In this document: positions 1 through 7,926 of the stretch, piece by piece | How the letters are laid out: every line of letters begins with the position of its first letter | How positions within the stretch are numbered: the stretch's first letter is position 1 | Assembly: GCA_046299715.1 (NCBI GenBank) | Contig: JBKBHU010000007.1 | Coordinates: forward strand, 123,464-155,463 | Reading direction: 5' to 3' | Length of the DNA: 32,000 nt | Source: Tepidisphaerales bacterium | Lineage (GTDB): Bacteria > Planctomycetota > Phycisphaerae > Tepidisphaerales > Tepidisphaeraceae | The notes under the pieces: generated by a model | What the model saw: the letters and a program-made list of their open reading frames with translations, nothing else | Told to the model about the DNA's origin: nothing | Databases searched by the model: none | Made by a program: the position numbers and the translations under genes

Positions 1-785
1 GCCGCACGGAGGTGCCGGGCCACGGCGGCCGCGTGGGTAGGCAGGTCAAACGATGCCGCCTCGACGCTCACCCGCCCGTCGTATCCCCCCTGCCGGAGCA
101 CACGGAAGACCCCGACGTAGTCGCGTCCGTCGAGCGGCGCGGCCACCAGCCCTGGGGCCGTCCGCCCGTCGCGGTCAGCCACATGGACGTGCCGCACCAG
201 CGGGACGGCCTCACGCAGCTCGTCGGCGGTACCTTCCTCCAGCCAGAAGTGGTACGTGTCCACCAGCAGCCCGACCGCGGGGTGGGCCAGTTCGCCGACC
301 ACCCGGGCGGTCTCGGAGAGTCGGTTGAGCAGGTTGGTCTCGCGCCGGTTGAGGTGTTCCACGACCAGCGTGATGCCCGCAGCGCCCAGCACGTCGCCGC
401 CATGCCGGAGGAACGCGCTCAGTTGCCGCAAAGCAAGGTCCCGGTCGAACCCGTCGGGCACGCTGCGGGAAGCGCCGGCCCCGAACACCACCGTGCGGAT
501 GCCCGCCTTCGCCGCCCGTCGTGCCACCGTCGCCATGTACTGCTCGAGCCTGTGCCACTCGACCGACGGCCCGACGACCTTCAATTCGCCCGGGAGAAGA
601 ACGTTGGCCGAAGCGATGGGCAGCGTGCACGTGGCGGCCGCCTCGGCCCCGGCCCAGGCCGAGTCGTCCGGCTGCTCCGGCATGAGGAACCGCCGCACGT
701 TCTCTTCGATGAAGTCGAAGCCGGCGGCCTTGAGCACGGCGGCGTTGCTGCACGAGGTGCAAAGCCCGATCTGCATCCGGCCCAT
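1..785 (-). CDS. Sugar phosphate isomerase/epimerase-like (xylose isomerase-like TIM barrel), truncated by left window edge
   Basis: The reverse strand reads from ATG at 785: MGRMQIGLCTSCSNAAVLKAAGFDFIEENVRRFLMPEQPDDSAW... 'KAAGFDFIEENV' is a typical beta1-alpha1 start for this family. The frame stays open to the window edge, so it is missing from the ORF track. Confidence 0.75.
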   Translation of the reverse strand, partial: MGRMQIGLCTSCSNAAVLKAAGFDFIEENVRRFLMPEQPDDSAWAGAEAAATCTLPIASANVLLPGELKVVGPSVEWHRLEQYMATVARRAAKAGIRTVVFGAGASRSVPDGFDRDLALRQLSAFLRHGGDVLGAAGITLVVEHLNRRETNLLNRLSETARVVGELAHPAVGLLVDTYHFWLEEGTADELREAVPLVRHVHVADRDGRTAPGLVAAPLDGRDYVGVFRVLRQGGYDGRVSVEAASFDLPTHAAAVARHLRA

Positions 786-891
786 TGTCGCGGCGGATGC
801 CGTCGTCCACAACCGCCGCCACGGCCGGGTTCAGCGGACACCGGACTCGGCCCTGTTGTCTTCAGTGCGGGCCGTGCCGGGTCGGTGTGGG

Positions 892-1698
892 TCATGGGGT
901 ACGCGGAGCGATGCCGTCGGGGGTCACCAGAAACAGCTTGTCGGTGACCTGATGCGGCATCTGCCGGTAGTCCTCGCCGATTTGCCGGAGCAGGCGGCTG
1001 ACGATCTCCGGGTCGTTGCGGAAGCAGATGAGGATGTCGCGGTTGGGCACGGCCGCAACGAACGGCGAGCCGAGATAGCCGCGGAGTCGGTCGTGCAGCG
1101 ACGGAAGCAGCAGTCGCGCGGCGTCGTAGCCGTCCATGGTCTGGAACAGGAGCAGGTAGACCTGGCCGTTTTCGTCCGGAGCGGCGTGCGCCTGGATCGC
1201 CTCCGAACGGGCGACGAGGTTACGCAATGCCGTCTCGTGCAGCGTCTCCAGCGACACGCCCCAACGGTCGAAGGTGGCCCTGGGCACGTAGGAGAGGGTG
1301 CGGTCGTGGTCGATGACGTAGGCGACGCGGAGCCCCTCGACGAACGACTGCGACACGATGCCCGCGGCATCCACGTCCTGGGGTCCTTCGGCCAGCAGCA
1401 CCGGCAGAATGCGGTCCTGCAGCTCCTCAAAGCTGCGCTGCTCGTCCGGCGTGCCTTCGCCGGCACGCAGCAGCTCGACCACCCATCGCTCGATGTGCCG
1501 TCGGGCGTCCTCGGGCTGCAGCGTTGCGACGCGGTACAGGTTTTCGAGGCTGGCCGAGTGTCCGTTGATCCGCAGCGAAAAGCTGTGGTCGCTCCGCGAC
1601 ACCTTCACCAGCGGGAAACGCGCACGGATGAACTCCACGACGTGCTCGAGGAACTGTTCCCGCGTCGGCTGGTGAGGAAAGGGCGGCGGTTGCGACAT
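892..1698 (-). CDS. DUF1444-like (YtpQ-type) conserved protein
   Basis: ORF 892..1782 with likely start at internal M29 (MSQPPPFPHQPTREQF...). Contains 'RTLSYVPRATFDRWGVSLETLHETALRNL' and a C-terminal 'VAAVPNRDILICF...KLFLVTPDG', typical of DUF1444. Confidence 0.7.
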   Translation of the reverse strand: MSQPPPFPHQPTREQFLEHVVEFIRARFPLVKVSRSDHSFSLRINGHSASLENLYRVATLQPEDARRHIERWVVELLRAGEGTPDEQRSFEELQDRILPVLLAEGPQDVDAAGIVSQSFVEGLRVAYVIDHDRTLSYVPRATFDRWGVSLETLHETALRNLVARSEAIQAHAAPDENGQVYLLLFQTMDGYDAARLLLPSLHDRLRGYLGSPFVAAVPNRDILICFRNDPEIVSRLLRQIGEDYRQMPHQVTDKLFLVTPDGIAPRTP

Positions 1699-1769
1699 GA
1701 GCTCGCCCCGATGATAACGCAAGCACGCGTGTGTCCACGAGACCTTCTGCGCTAGCATCTTCCTGCCCC

Positions 1770-2939
1770 ATGTCCAGCCCACTGCGCGTCGGGATTCTCG
1801 GTTTGGGACCGGCCGGCGTGGCCCACGGCCGCGGCTACCTGCACGCCGGCGGCTACCGAATCGACAGCGTTTGCGACCTTATCGGTACGCGAATCGAGTC
1901 GTTCCGCCGGGAAGTGACCGAATGCCGCGTGGCCGAGTCGCTCGACACGCTGCTGAAGGACCCCGGGATCGACGTGGTCTCCGTGTGCCTGCCGACCGAC
2001 CTGCACGCCCCGGTGGCGGTGAAGGCGCTGCGGGCAGGGAAACATGTGGTGCTGGAGGTCCCGCTGGCCGACACGCTCAAGGGGGCGCGTGCACTGCTCC
2101 GCGCGGCGGACCGCGCTGCCTCGCAGCCGCCGGCCGCGTCGAAGGCGCCGCCCGTCCTGCTCCCGGCGTACGTACGGCTTTTCGGCGGGCCGGAGATGGC
2201 CTCCCAGCAGGCGGTCGGCAAGGGGTACATCGGTGAGCCCCGGCTCGTGCGGGCCACGTGGTTCCGCCCGTTGGGCGTGCCGCAAGGCGCCCGCGCCCGC
2301 ACCGACGCCAACGGCTGGTACGTGGACAGGAACCGCTCCGGCGGCGGGGCGTTGATCGACCTCGGCGGTCCGCTGCTGGCGCTGGGGTGGTCGCTGCTGG
2401 GCCGGCCCGTGCCGCTTGCCGTCTTCGCCCACGGCGGCAGCCCGCTGACGGGACTGCCGGTGGAAGAACACGCCTCGCTGCTCATCCGTTTCGAAGGCGG
2501 CGCGGCCCTTGAGCTCTCCGTGGCCTGGGCAGCGCACCTGCCCCCGCGGCAGTACGGCGTCGCCTGCCGGGTCAGCGGCGATGCCGGCTGCATCGACGTG
2601 TACGCCCCGGAAGGTGCGGTGCTCTACCGGGGCCAGCCGGGCCAGGCCAAGGCGACCGTGCTCAAAGGCCCCAAGCTGACCCACCACGCCGCGATGATGC
2701 GGCATCTCAAGACCCTCATCGGCGCTGAACACGCAGCACGCATGCGTCCCCTGCGTCAGGCGGTGACCGTCGCGGCCATGCTGGACGCCGCCTACCGAAG
2801 CCTTGCCACCGGACGCTCGGCCGACGTGCGCGAGCCAGGCCGGGACGGCCCCGAACCCGCCGCGGCCACGTCCGCCCGGTCCGAATCCGCCCAGTCCGAC
2901 TCCGCCCAGTCCGACTCCGCCCGGTCCGACTTCGCCTGA
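1770..2939 (+). CDS. Gfo/Idh/MocA family NAD(P)-dependent oxidoreductase
   Basis: N-terminal Rossmann 'MSSPLRVGILGLGPAGVAHGRGYLHAGGYRIDSVCDL' and 'VVSVCLPTDLHAPVAVKALRAGKHVVLEVPLADTL'. Start chosen at the MSSPLRVG methionine within ORF 1731..2939. Confidence 0.85.
   Translation: MSSPLRVGILGLGPAGVAHGRGYLHAGGYRIDSVCDLIGTRIESFRREVTECRVAESLDTLLKDPGIDVVSVCLPTDLHAPVAVKALRAGKHVVLEVPLADTLKGARALLRAADRAASQPPAASKAPPVLLPAYVRLFGGPEMASQQAVGKGYIGEPRLVRATWFRPLGVPQGARARTDANGWYVDRNRSGGGALIDLGGPLLALGWSLLGRPVPLAVFAHGGSPLTGLPVEEHASLLIRFEGGAALELSVAWAAHLPPRQYGVACRVSGDAGCIDVYAPEGAVLYRGQPGQAKATVLKGPKLTHHAAMMRHLKTLIGAEHAARMRPLRQAVTVAAMLDAAYRSLATGRSADVREPGRDGPEPAAATSARSESAQSDSAQSDSARSDFA
2879..2938 (+). repeat. Four tandem copies of a 15-bp unit (consensus GTCCGACTCCGCCCA) at the 3' end of the oxidoreductase gene
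   Basis: Units at 2879-2893, 2894-2908, 2909-2923 and 2924-2938, encoding SESAQ/SDSAQ/SDSAR/SDFA-stop. Confidence 0.9.
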
Positions 2940-2951
2940 CCGACCGCGCCG

Positions 2952-3404
2952 CTACCGGGCCCTGGCCCTTACCTCAACCAGCACCGTCAGCGGCCCGTCA
3001 TTCACCAGATGCACGGCCATCTCGGCCCCGAACTCTCCGGTCTCCACCCGTGCGTACCTGCCCCGCATCCGCTCGACCAGCTGTGCAAACAGCGTCCGTG
3101 CGACCTCGGGCCGCGCGGCAGGGTGCAACGCGGGGCGCCGCCCGCCCGACGTGTCGGCCGCGACTGTGAAGTTGGGCACCAGAAGCACCCCGCCCTGCAC
3201 CTCGGTCACGTCGCGGTGGTAGGCCTGATCGGCTTCGGGAAACACCCGCAGCGTCAGAAGTTTCTGCGCGGCTTTCTCCAGCTCGGCCTCACCGTCGTCG
3301 TGGTGCACCGCGGCGAGCACCGTCAGTCCCGGGCCGATCTGCCCGACGACCCGCTCACCCACCATCACCCGCGCCTCGCGAACCCGCTGAACTACGCAAA
3401 TCAT
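2952..3404 (-). CDS. dtd: D-aminoacyl-tRNA deacylase
   Basis: 150 aa: MICVVQRVREARVMVGERVVGQIGPGLTVLAAV...NFTVAADTSGGRRPALHPAA...VNDGPLTVLVE, matching the DTD fold and its NxGPxT motif. Confidence 0.9.
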   Translation of the reverse strand: MICVVQRVREARVMVGERVVGQIGPGLTVLAAVHHDDGEAELEKAAQKLLTLRVFPEADQAYHRDVTEVQGGVLLVPNFTVAADTSGGRRPALHPAARPEVARTLFAQLVERMRGRYARVETGEFGAEMAVHLVNDGPLTVLVEVRARAR

Positions 3405-3450
3405 GCCGTCGCTCTCGTTGAAACCCGGTTATCCAACCGTCTCGCGTCGC

Positions 3451-4959
3451 TCACGACGACGGCGCCGCAACGGCCTGCTGCGGCACGGGTGCGGAAAGGC
3501 GGCCAAGCCTCCGCCCCCCCGCCCCGTCGAGCACCCTGCCCACGGTCTGCCGTTGCTCGGCCTGCACGACGCGGACGGAGACGCACTGGCCCGGCGTCAG
3601 CCCTTGCGCGTGCGGCAGCTCGACGTCGAAGTACCGCTCGCACCGCCCGTGAGGGTGGCCGTCCGCGGAGAGGTCTCCCTCGACGACCACCTCCACCACC
3701 TCGCCGACGAACTGCCGCCGGAACGTCAGGTCGTGCACGGCGACGGCCTGGCGCAGCCGCTGCATCCGCTCACGGACCACGTCGCCGGAGACGAAGTGGC
3801 GCGTCCAGCGGGCGGCGGCCGTCCCGGGTCGCGGGGAGAACGGAAACGCGTGCACGTGCAGGAAGGCCGCCTCGTCCACGACCGCGAGCGTGTCAAGAAA
3901 GTCACCCTCCGTTTCGCCGGGGAAGCCGACAAGGATGTCGGTGGTCAAGGCCGGCCGGTCGAACCGTCTGCGCAGCGTCTCGACCAGTTTCAGAAAGTCC
4001 GTACGTCGATATTGCCGATTCATGCGACGCAGGACGCGGTCCGACCCGGACTGCAGGGGCAAGTGAAAGTGCGGAACGACTTGCGGAGAGTTGCTTAATG
4101 CCTCGAGCAGGTCGTCCGTCAGGTCGCCCGGCTCGATGGACGACAGACGCAGCCGTGGCAGCTCCGGAACGTCTCGGGCGATGCGTCGGACCAGCTCGGC
4201 AAGGTACGTCCCGCCGGGGCAGGTCTGGCGGCGCCGCAGTGCCGTCGGTTGTCCGGTGGCCCCCAGAAAAATGCCGGTGAGCACGACTTCGCGGTGGCCT
4301 TCGTGGACGCATCGGCGGACTTCGCGGACCGCCTCGTCGGGGCCCATCGACCACAGCCGCGGACGGAGCCGCGGGATGATGCAGTACGTGCAGTGGGCGT
4401 CGCACCCGTCCTGCACCTTCAGATACGCCCGTTGACGCGGCCGTACGGCCGGCGGCGAGGCCGGTTCTCCCCACACGGGCAGCGCGAGCCGTCGCGGCGG
4501 CACGCCCCAAGCGTCCAGCAGCCGCTGGAGCCGGGTCGTGGCCGGCTCGTGGTGGGTCAGCACCGCATCGACGCCCGGAAGACCGGCAGCCTCTGCCGGG
4601 TCAGACGTGGCCCAGCAGCCCATGGCGACCACCCGCGGCCGGGCGGCATCCCGAAATGGACGGCCCGCACCCTCATCGGCCCCGGCGACGCCGGGATACG
4701 TTCCGGGGCCGCCGCCGGACTCGCCGGGCGTGGAAATCGACAGCAGCGGCAGGCTGACGGCTTTGCGCAGCGTCTGTCGGGACTGGGCGGCGGCGGCCGT
4801 GGTCACCGAGCAGGTGTTGACCAGCCTGAGGTCCGCCGCCGACGGGTCCTGCACACGCTCAAGCCCCCGCTGCTGCAGAAGGCGGGCGAGTTGCTCGCTC
4901 TCGGCGGCATTGGTCCTGCAGCCGAGGGTCTGGATATGAAACGTGCGCGGAGGCGACAC
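3451..4959 (-). CDS. mtaB: MiaB/MtaB-family radical SAM methylthiotransferase (MtaB-like), GTG start
   Basis: 502 aa: FHIQTLGCRTNAAESEQL, NTCSVT, radical SAM CDAHCTYC, SSIEPGDLTDDLLEAL, HFHLPLQSGSDRVLRRMNR, TTDILVGFPGET. Confidence 0.85.
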   Translation of the reverse strand: MSPPRTFHIQTLGCRTNAAESEQLARLLQQRGLERVQDPSAADLRLVNTCSVTTAAAAQSRQTLRKAVSLPLLSISTPGESGGGPGTYPGVAGADEGAGRPFRDAARPRVVAMGCWATSDPAEAAGLPGVDAVLTHHEPATTRLQRLLDAWGVPPRRLALPVWGEPASPPAVRPRQRAYLKVQDGCDAHCTYCIIPRLRPRLWSMGPDEAVREVRRCVHEGHREVVLTGIFLGATGQPTALRRRQTCPGGTYLAELVRRIARDVPELPRLRLSSIEPGDLTDDLLEALSNSPQVVPHFHLPLQSGSDRVLRRMNRQYRRTDFLKLVETLRRRFDRPALTTDILVGFPGETEGDFLDTLAVVDEAAFLHVHAFPFSPRPGTAAARWTRHFVSGDVVRERMQRLRQAVAVHDLTFRRQFVGEVVEVVVEGDLSADGHPHGRCERYFDVELPHAQGLTPGQCVSVRVVQAEQRQTVGRVLDGAGGRRLGRLSAPVPQQAVAAPSS

Positions 4960-5009
4960 CGTGGGAGAATAGCCCGTGTGCGGGCACGCCCGTCGGGAGG
5001 GCGACGTGC

Positions 5010-5035
5010 GACGGTCGAAGTGGACGGTCGAAGTG
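5010..5035 (+). repeat. Perfect tandem duplication of the 13-mer GACGGTCGAAGTG in the mtaB/pilM divergent intergenic region
   Basis: Copies at 5010-5022 and 5023-5035. Confidence 0.9.
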
Positions 5036-5410
5036 AGGGAACCGATTCGGGGGGTGGGGCGTCAGAAAGTCATGAAAACGCACAGGGACGTTGGGGCGCG
5101 GGCGGGCCGGGCCGACCGGTCGGGTTGCCGGGTCCACCGGCTTGCGGGTAGATTCGGCGTGGACGTGGCGGGCGGTTCCCGCGGGCGGGCGTCGTTTTTT
5201 CGCAGAGGCCCTAAGGGTTGTGGTGGCTGTGGAAAGGGACGTCGATAGCATGTGGGGACGAAACGTTTTCTGGCGGGCCGGCCGGACCTCGAGCGGGGGC
5301 AGGCGGGTCGGCCGGCACGGCGGGCGGGTCGGCACGTCCGCCGTTCGTGGTTCGCGTGAGGCGATTTGGAGGAACGGACCTGTCGGACGTTGTGCCGGCG
5401 GGGATGTGCG

Positions 5411-5416
5411 AAGGAG
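5411..5416 (+). promoter_or_regulatory. Shine-Dalgarno sequence AAGGAG for pilM
   Basis: AAGGAG 10 nt upstream of the ATG at 5427. Confidence 0.6.
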
Positions 5417-5426
5417 CAGCTGATTC

Positions 5427-7814
5427 ATGGCCAGCAGCCGCAACGCCTGGGGCATCGACGTCGGCAACCGCGCGCTCAAGGCAGTCCGTCTGTCGCGCGA
5501 CGGTGACGGGTTCCGCATCGATGACCTCGAGCTGATCGAACACGAGGTGCCGCTGTCGCAGTCGGGTGACAACCGTGAGGAACTGGTCAACCGGGCGTTG
5601 GCCGAGTTCGTCTCGCGGCACAAGACCGGCTCGACGCCGGTGGGCATCTCGGTGTCGGGCAAGCAGTCCTTCGCCCGTTTCATCTCGCTGCCGCCGGTGG
5701 AGGAGAAGAAGATCCCCGAGATCGTCCGTTTCGAGGCGATCCAGCAGATTCCCTTCACGCTCGACGACGTGGAGTGGTCCTACCAGCTCTTCCGGCAGAA
5801 GGCGGCGGGCGGCGACGCTGCCGCGGCCGGGGAAGAAGAGGTGCAGGTCGGGCTGTTCGCGATGAGGAAGGAGGCCGTCAATCGCTACGTCGCGGCCTTC
5901 ACCGACCTCAACCTCAACGTCCAGGCGGTGCAGATGTCGGCCATGGCGCTGTACAACGCCATGCACTTCGACGGGTTGCTGAACGAGACGACGCTGCTCG
6001 TCGACGTCGGCGCGGACATGACCGACCTCGTTGTGGCCGACGGAGAGCTGCTGTGGCACCGTTCGGTGCCGTTCGGGGGCAACGCTTTCACTGAGGCCCT
6101 GATGCGGGCGCTCAAGAGCGACTTCGCCCACGCGGAACAGGAGAAGCGCAACGCCGCGACCTCGAAGTACGCCCGGCAGTACTTTCAGGCGATGCGGCCG
6201 GTGTTCACCGACCTGGTCGCGGAGATCCAGCGGTCTGTGGGGTTCTACGTCAGCCAGCACAAGAACTCGAAGGTGGCCAAGGTCATCGCCGCGGGCGGCA
6301 CGATGAAGCTGCCGGGGCTGCAGAAGTTCCTGCACCAGAACCTGAACATGCCTGTGGTCCGCGTGGAGACCTTCAGCGCGACGCCGCCGAGCGACGCTCG
6401 CCTGGCCGACCTGCTCAAGGAAGAGGCGGGCGCTTTCGCCACGGCGTACGGACTGGCGGTGCAGACCCTGGGCGAAGGCAAGGTCGTCTCGTCGCTGCTG
6501 CCCGGGCATATCCGCCGCGAGCAGGTGTGGCGAGAGAAGGCCAAGTGGTTTGCGGCGTCGGCCGCGCTGTTCGTGGCCGGGGCGGGGGTCGCCGTGGCCG
6601 GGGCCTATTTGCCGTGGCGGGCGTATGAAGGTCAGGAGGAGGACCGCCAGCGTGTGGCGCAGGTGCTGCGCGAGGCGCAGGCTCTGGACCAGGAGTGGTC
6701 GTCGATCGAAACGGGCGGGGAGTCGGCCCGTGCGCTCATCCGCAACGTGCGGTCGCTCACGCAGGACCGCACAGTGTGGCCGAAGGTCGTCGAGGCGGTT
6801 CGGGCGGCGGTGCCGCCGGTGCCGCGTTTCGCCAACGATGCCGAGCGCGAGCGGTACGTGGCCGCCAAGCCCCGCAACGAACGCAATGTCGTGCGTCTGG
6901 AGGGGTGGCAGAGCGTGTACCTTGCGGACGTCGGCCCACTGCTGGGCGACACGCGGCGGGCACGCTTCGCCACCGAGGCCCCGGTGGTGGCGGCCACGAC
7001 GGAAGGCGAGGGCGGGATGGGCGGCATGGGCTTCGGCGGCCCGCCTCCCGGCGCGGGCATGAACCTGCCCTCGTATGTGCGGCTGCCGCAGTTCACGATG
7101 GGGCCGACCGGCATGCCGTCGTCGGCGATGCAGATGGGCTCGGGCGGCGATGTGCTGGAGCTTCCGGCTCCGCCGACGCAGGTGGTGGAGGCGGCGCGTG
7201 GCCGGCCCGGCTTCCTGCTGCGGATTCGCGGCATCACCACCGCCCGGGACGCGCAGACGGCGCTGGACGAAGGCTTCCTCGCCGAGCTGCTCAAGAGCCG
7301 CTTTGCCCAGCCGGGGCAGCCTGCCCCGGAGTTCTTCGTGGCCGACGCTTTCATGGTCAAGCAGTCGATCCTCGGGGACAACCCCGAACGCGTGCAGGCC
7401 ATGCTCAGGGCACATCAGGAGCGGACGCGTTTGCTCGGCGGTGACGCCATGCCGACCGCCCCGGCCGGCGGGGGCGGCGGGACGCCGTTCGGCGGCGGTT
7501 TCGGAGCCGGCGAGGAGTTCAACCCCGGCGGCCCGGGCCCGGCCTTCCGCGGCGGCGGCACCTTCCCGAACATCCCGCGCCCGCCCGGCTTGCCCCCCAA
7601 CGTGCCCTGGCCGCCAACCGGCGGCACGCCGGCCATGCCCGCGGCACCGGCGCCGGGCGGGATGAGCACGCCGGACGACCCCACGCCGTTCCTCTGCCCG
7701 CTGACCGGGGAGGACATGCGGCAGGACAGCGAGTTCATGGTGCTGGCGTTTGTCGTCATCGGTCCGCCGCCGCCGGCACCTCCCGCGGGCGAAGCGCCCG
7801 CCGACGCCCCCTGA
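5427..7814 (+). CDS. pilM: PilM-like actin-fold protein with C-terminal transmembrane and extracytoplasmic extension
   Basis: 795 aa: 'NAWGIDVGNRALKAVRLSRDGDGFRIDD', 'FARFISLPPVEEKKIPEIVRFEAIQQIPFTLDDVEWSY', 'LLVDVGADMTDLVV', 'VFTDLVAEIQRSVGFY', 'IAAGGTMKLPGLQKFLHQNL'. These are followed by the hydrophobic segment WFAASAALFVAGAGVAVAGAYLPW and a Gly/Pro-rich tail. Confidence 0.85.
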   Translation: MASSRNAWGIDVGNRALKAVRLSRDGDGFRIDDLELIEHEVPLSQSGDNREELVNRALAEFVSRHKTGSTPVGISVSGKQSFARFISLPPVEEKKIPEIVRFEAIQQIPFTLDDVEWSYQLFRQKAAGGDAAAAGEEEVQVGLFAMRKEAVNRYVAAFTDLNLNVQAVQMSAMALYNAMHFDGLLNETTLLVDVGADMTDLVVADGELLWHRSVPFGGNAFTEALMRALKSDFAHAEQEKRNAATSKYARQYFQAMRPVFTDLVAEIQRSVGFYVSQHKNSKVAKVIAAGGTMKLPGLQKFLHQNLNMPVVRVETFSATPPSDARLADLLKEEAGAFATAYGLAVQTLGEGKVVSSLLPGHIRREQVWREKAKWFAASAALFVAGAGVAVAGAYLPWRAYEGQEEDRQRVAQVLREAQALDQEWSSIETGGESARALIRNVRSLTQDRTVWPKVVEAVRAAVPPVPRFANDAERERYVAAKPRNERNVVRLEGWQSVYLADVGPLLGDTRRARFATEAPVVAATTEGEGGMGGMGFGGPPPGAGMNLPSYVRLPQFTMGPTGMPSSAMQMGSGGDVLELPAPPTQVVEAARGRPGFLLRIRGITTARDAQTALDEGFLAELLKSRFAQPGQPAPEFFVADAFMVKQSILGDNPERVQAMLRAHQERTRLLGGDAMPTAPAGGGGGTPFGGGFGAGEEFNPGGPGPAFRGGGTFPNIPRPPGLPPNVPWPPTGGTPAMPAAPAPGGMSTPDDPTPFLCPLTGEDMRQDSEFMVLAFVVIGPPPPAPPAGEAPADAP

Positions 7815-7926
7815 CCCCGCCGTGACCCACGCCCGGCGGGCCGTTTGGCGCGAGCTCAGCCAACCCCGCCCGGCCGGCCGCAGACCCGGCGACTTTCGCC
7901 CCAAGTGACCTTTCGGACCTTTTCCC

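Noticed and set aside
256-1755. 499-aa plus-strand ORF opposite the isomerase and DUF1444 gene
   Set aside because: The minus strand carries family-like sequence; this frame is a GC-driven artefact.
5112-5123. 12-bp palindrome CCGACCGGTCGG
   Set aside because: Palindromes of this length are expected many times in 32 kb of GC-rich DNA. Mentioned only as part of the long intergenic region.
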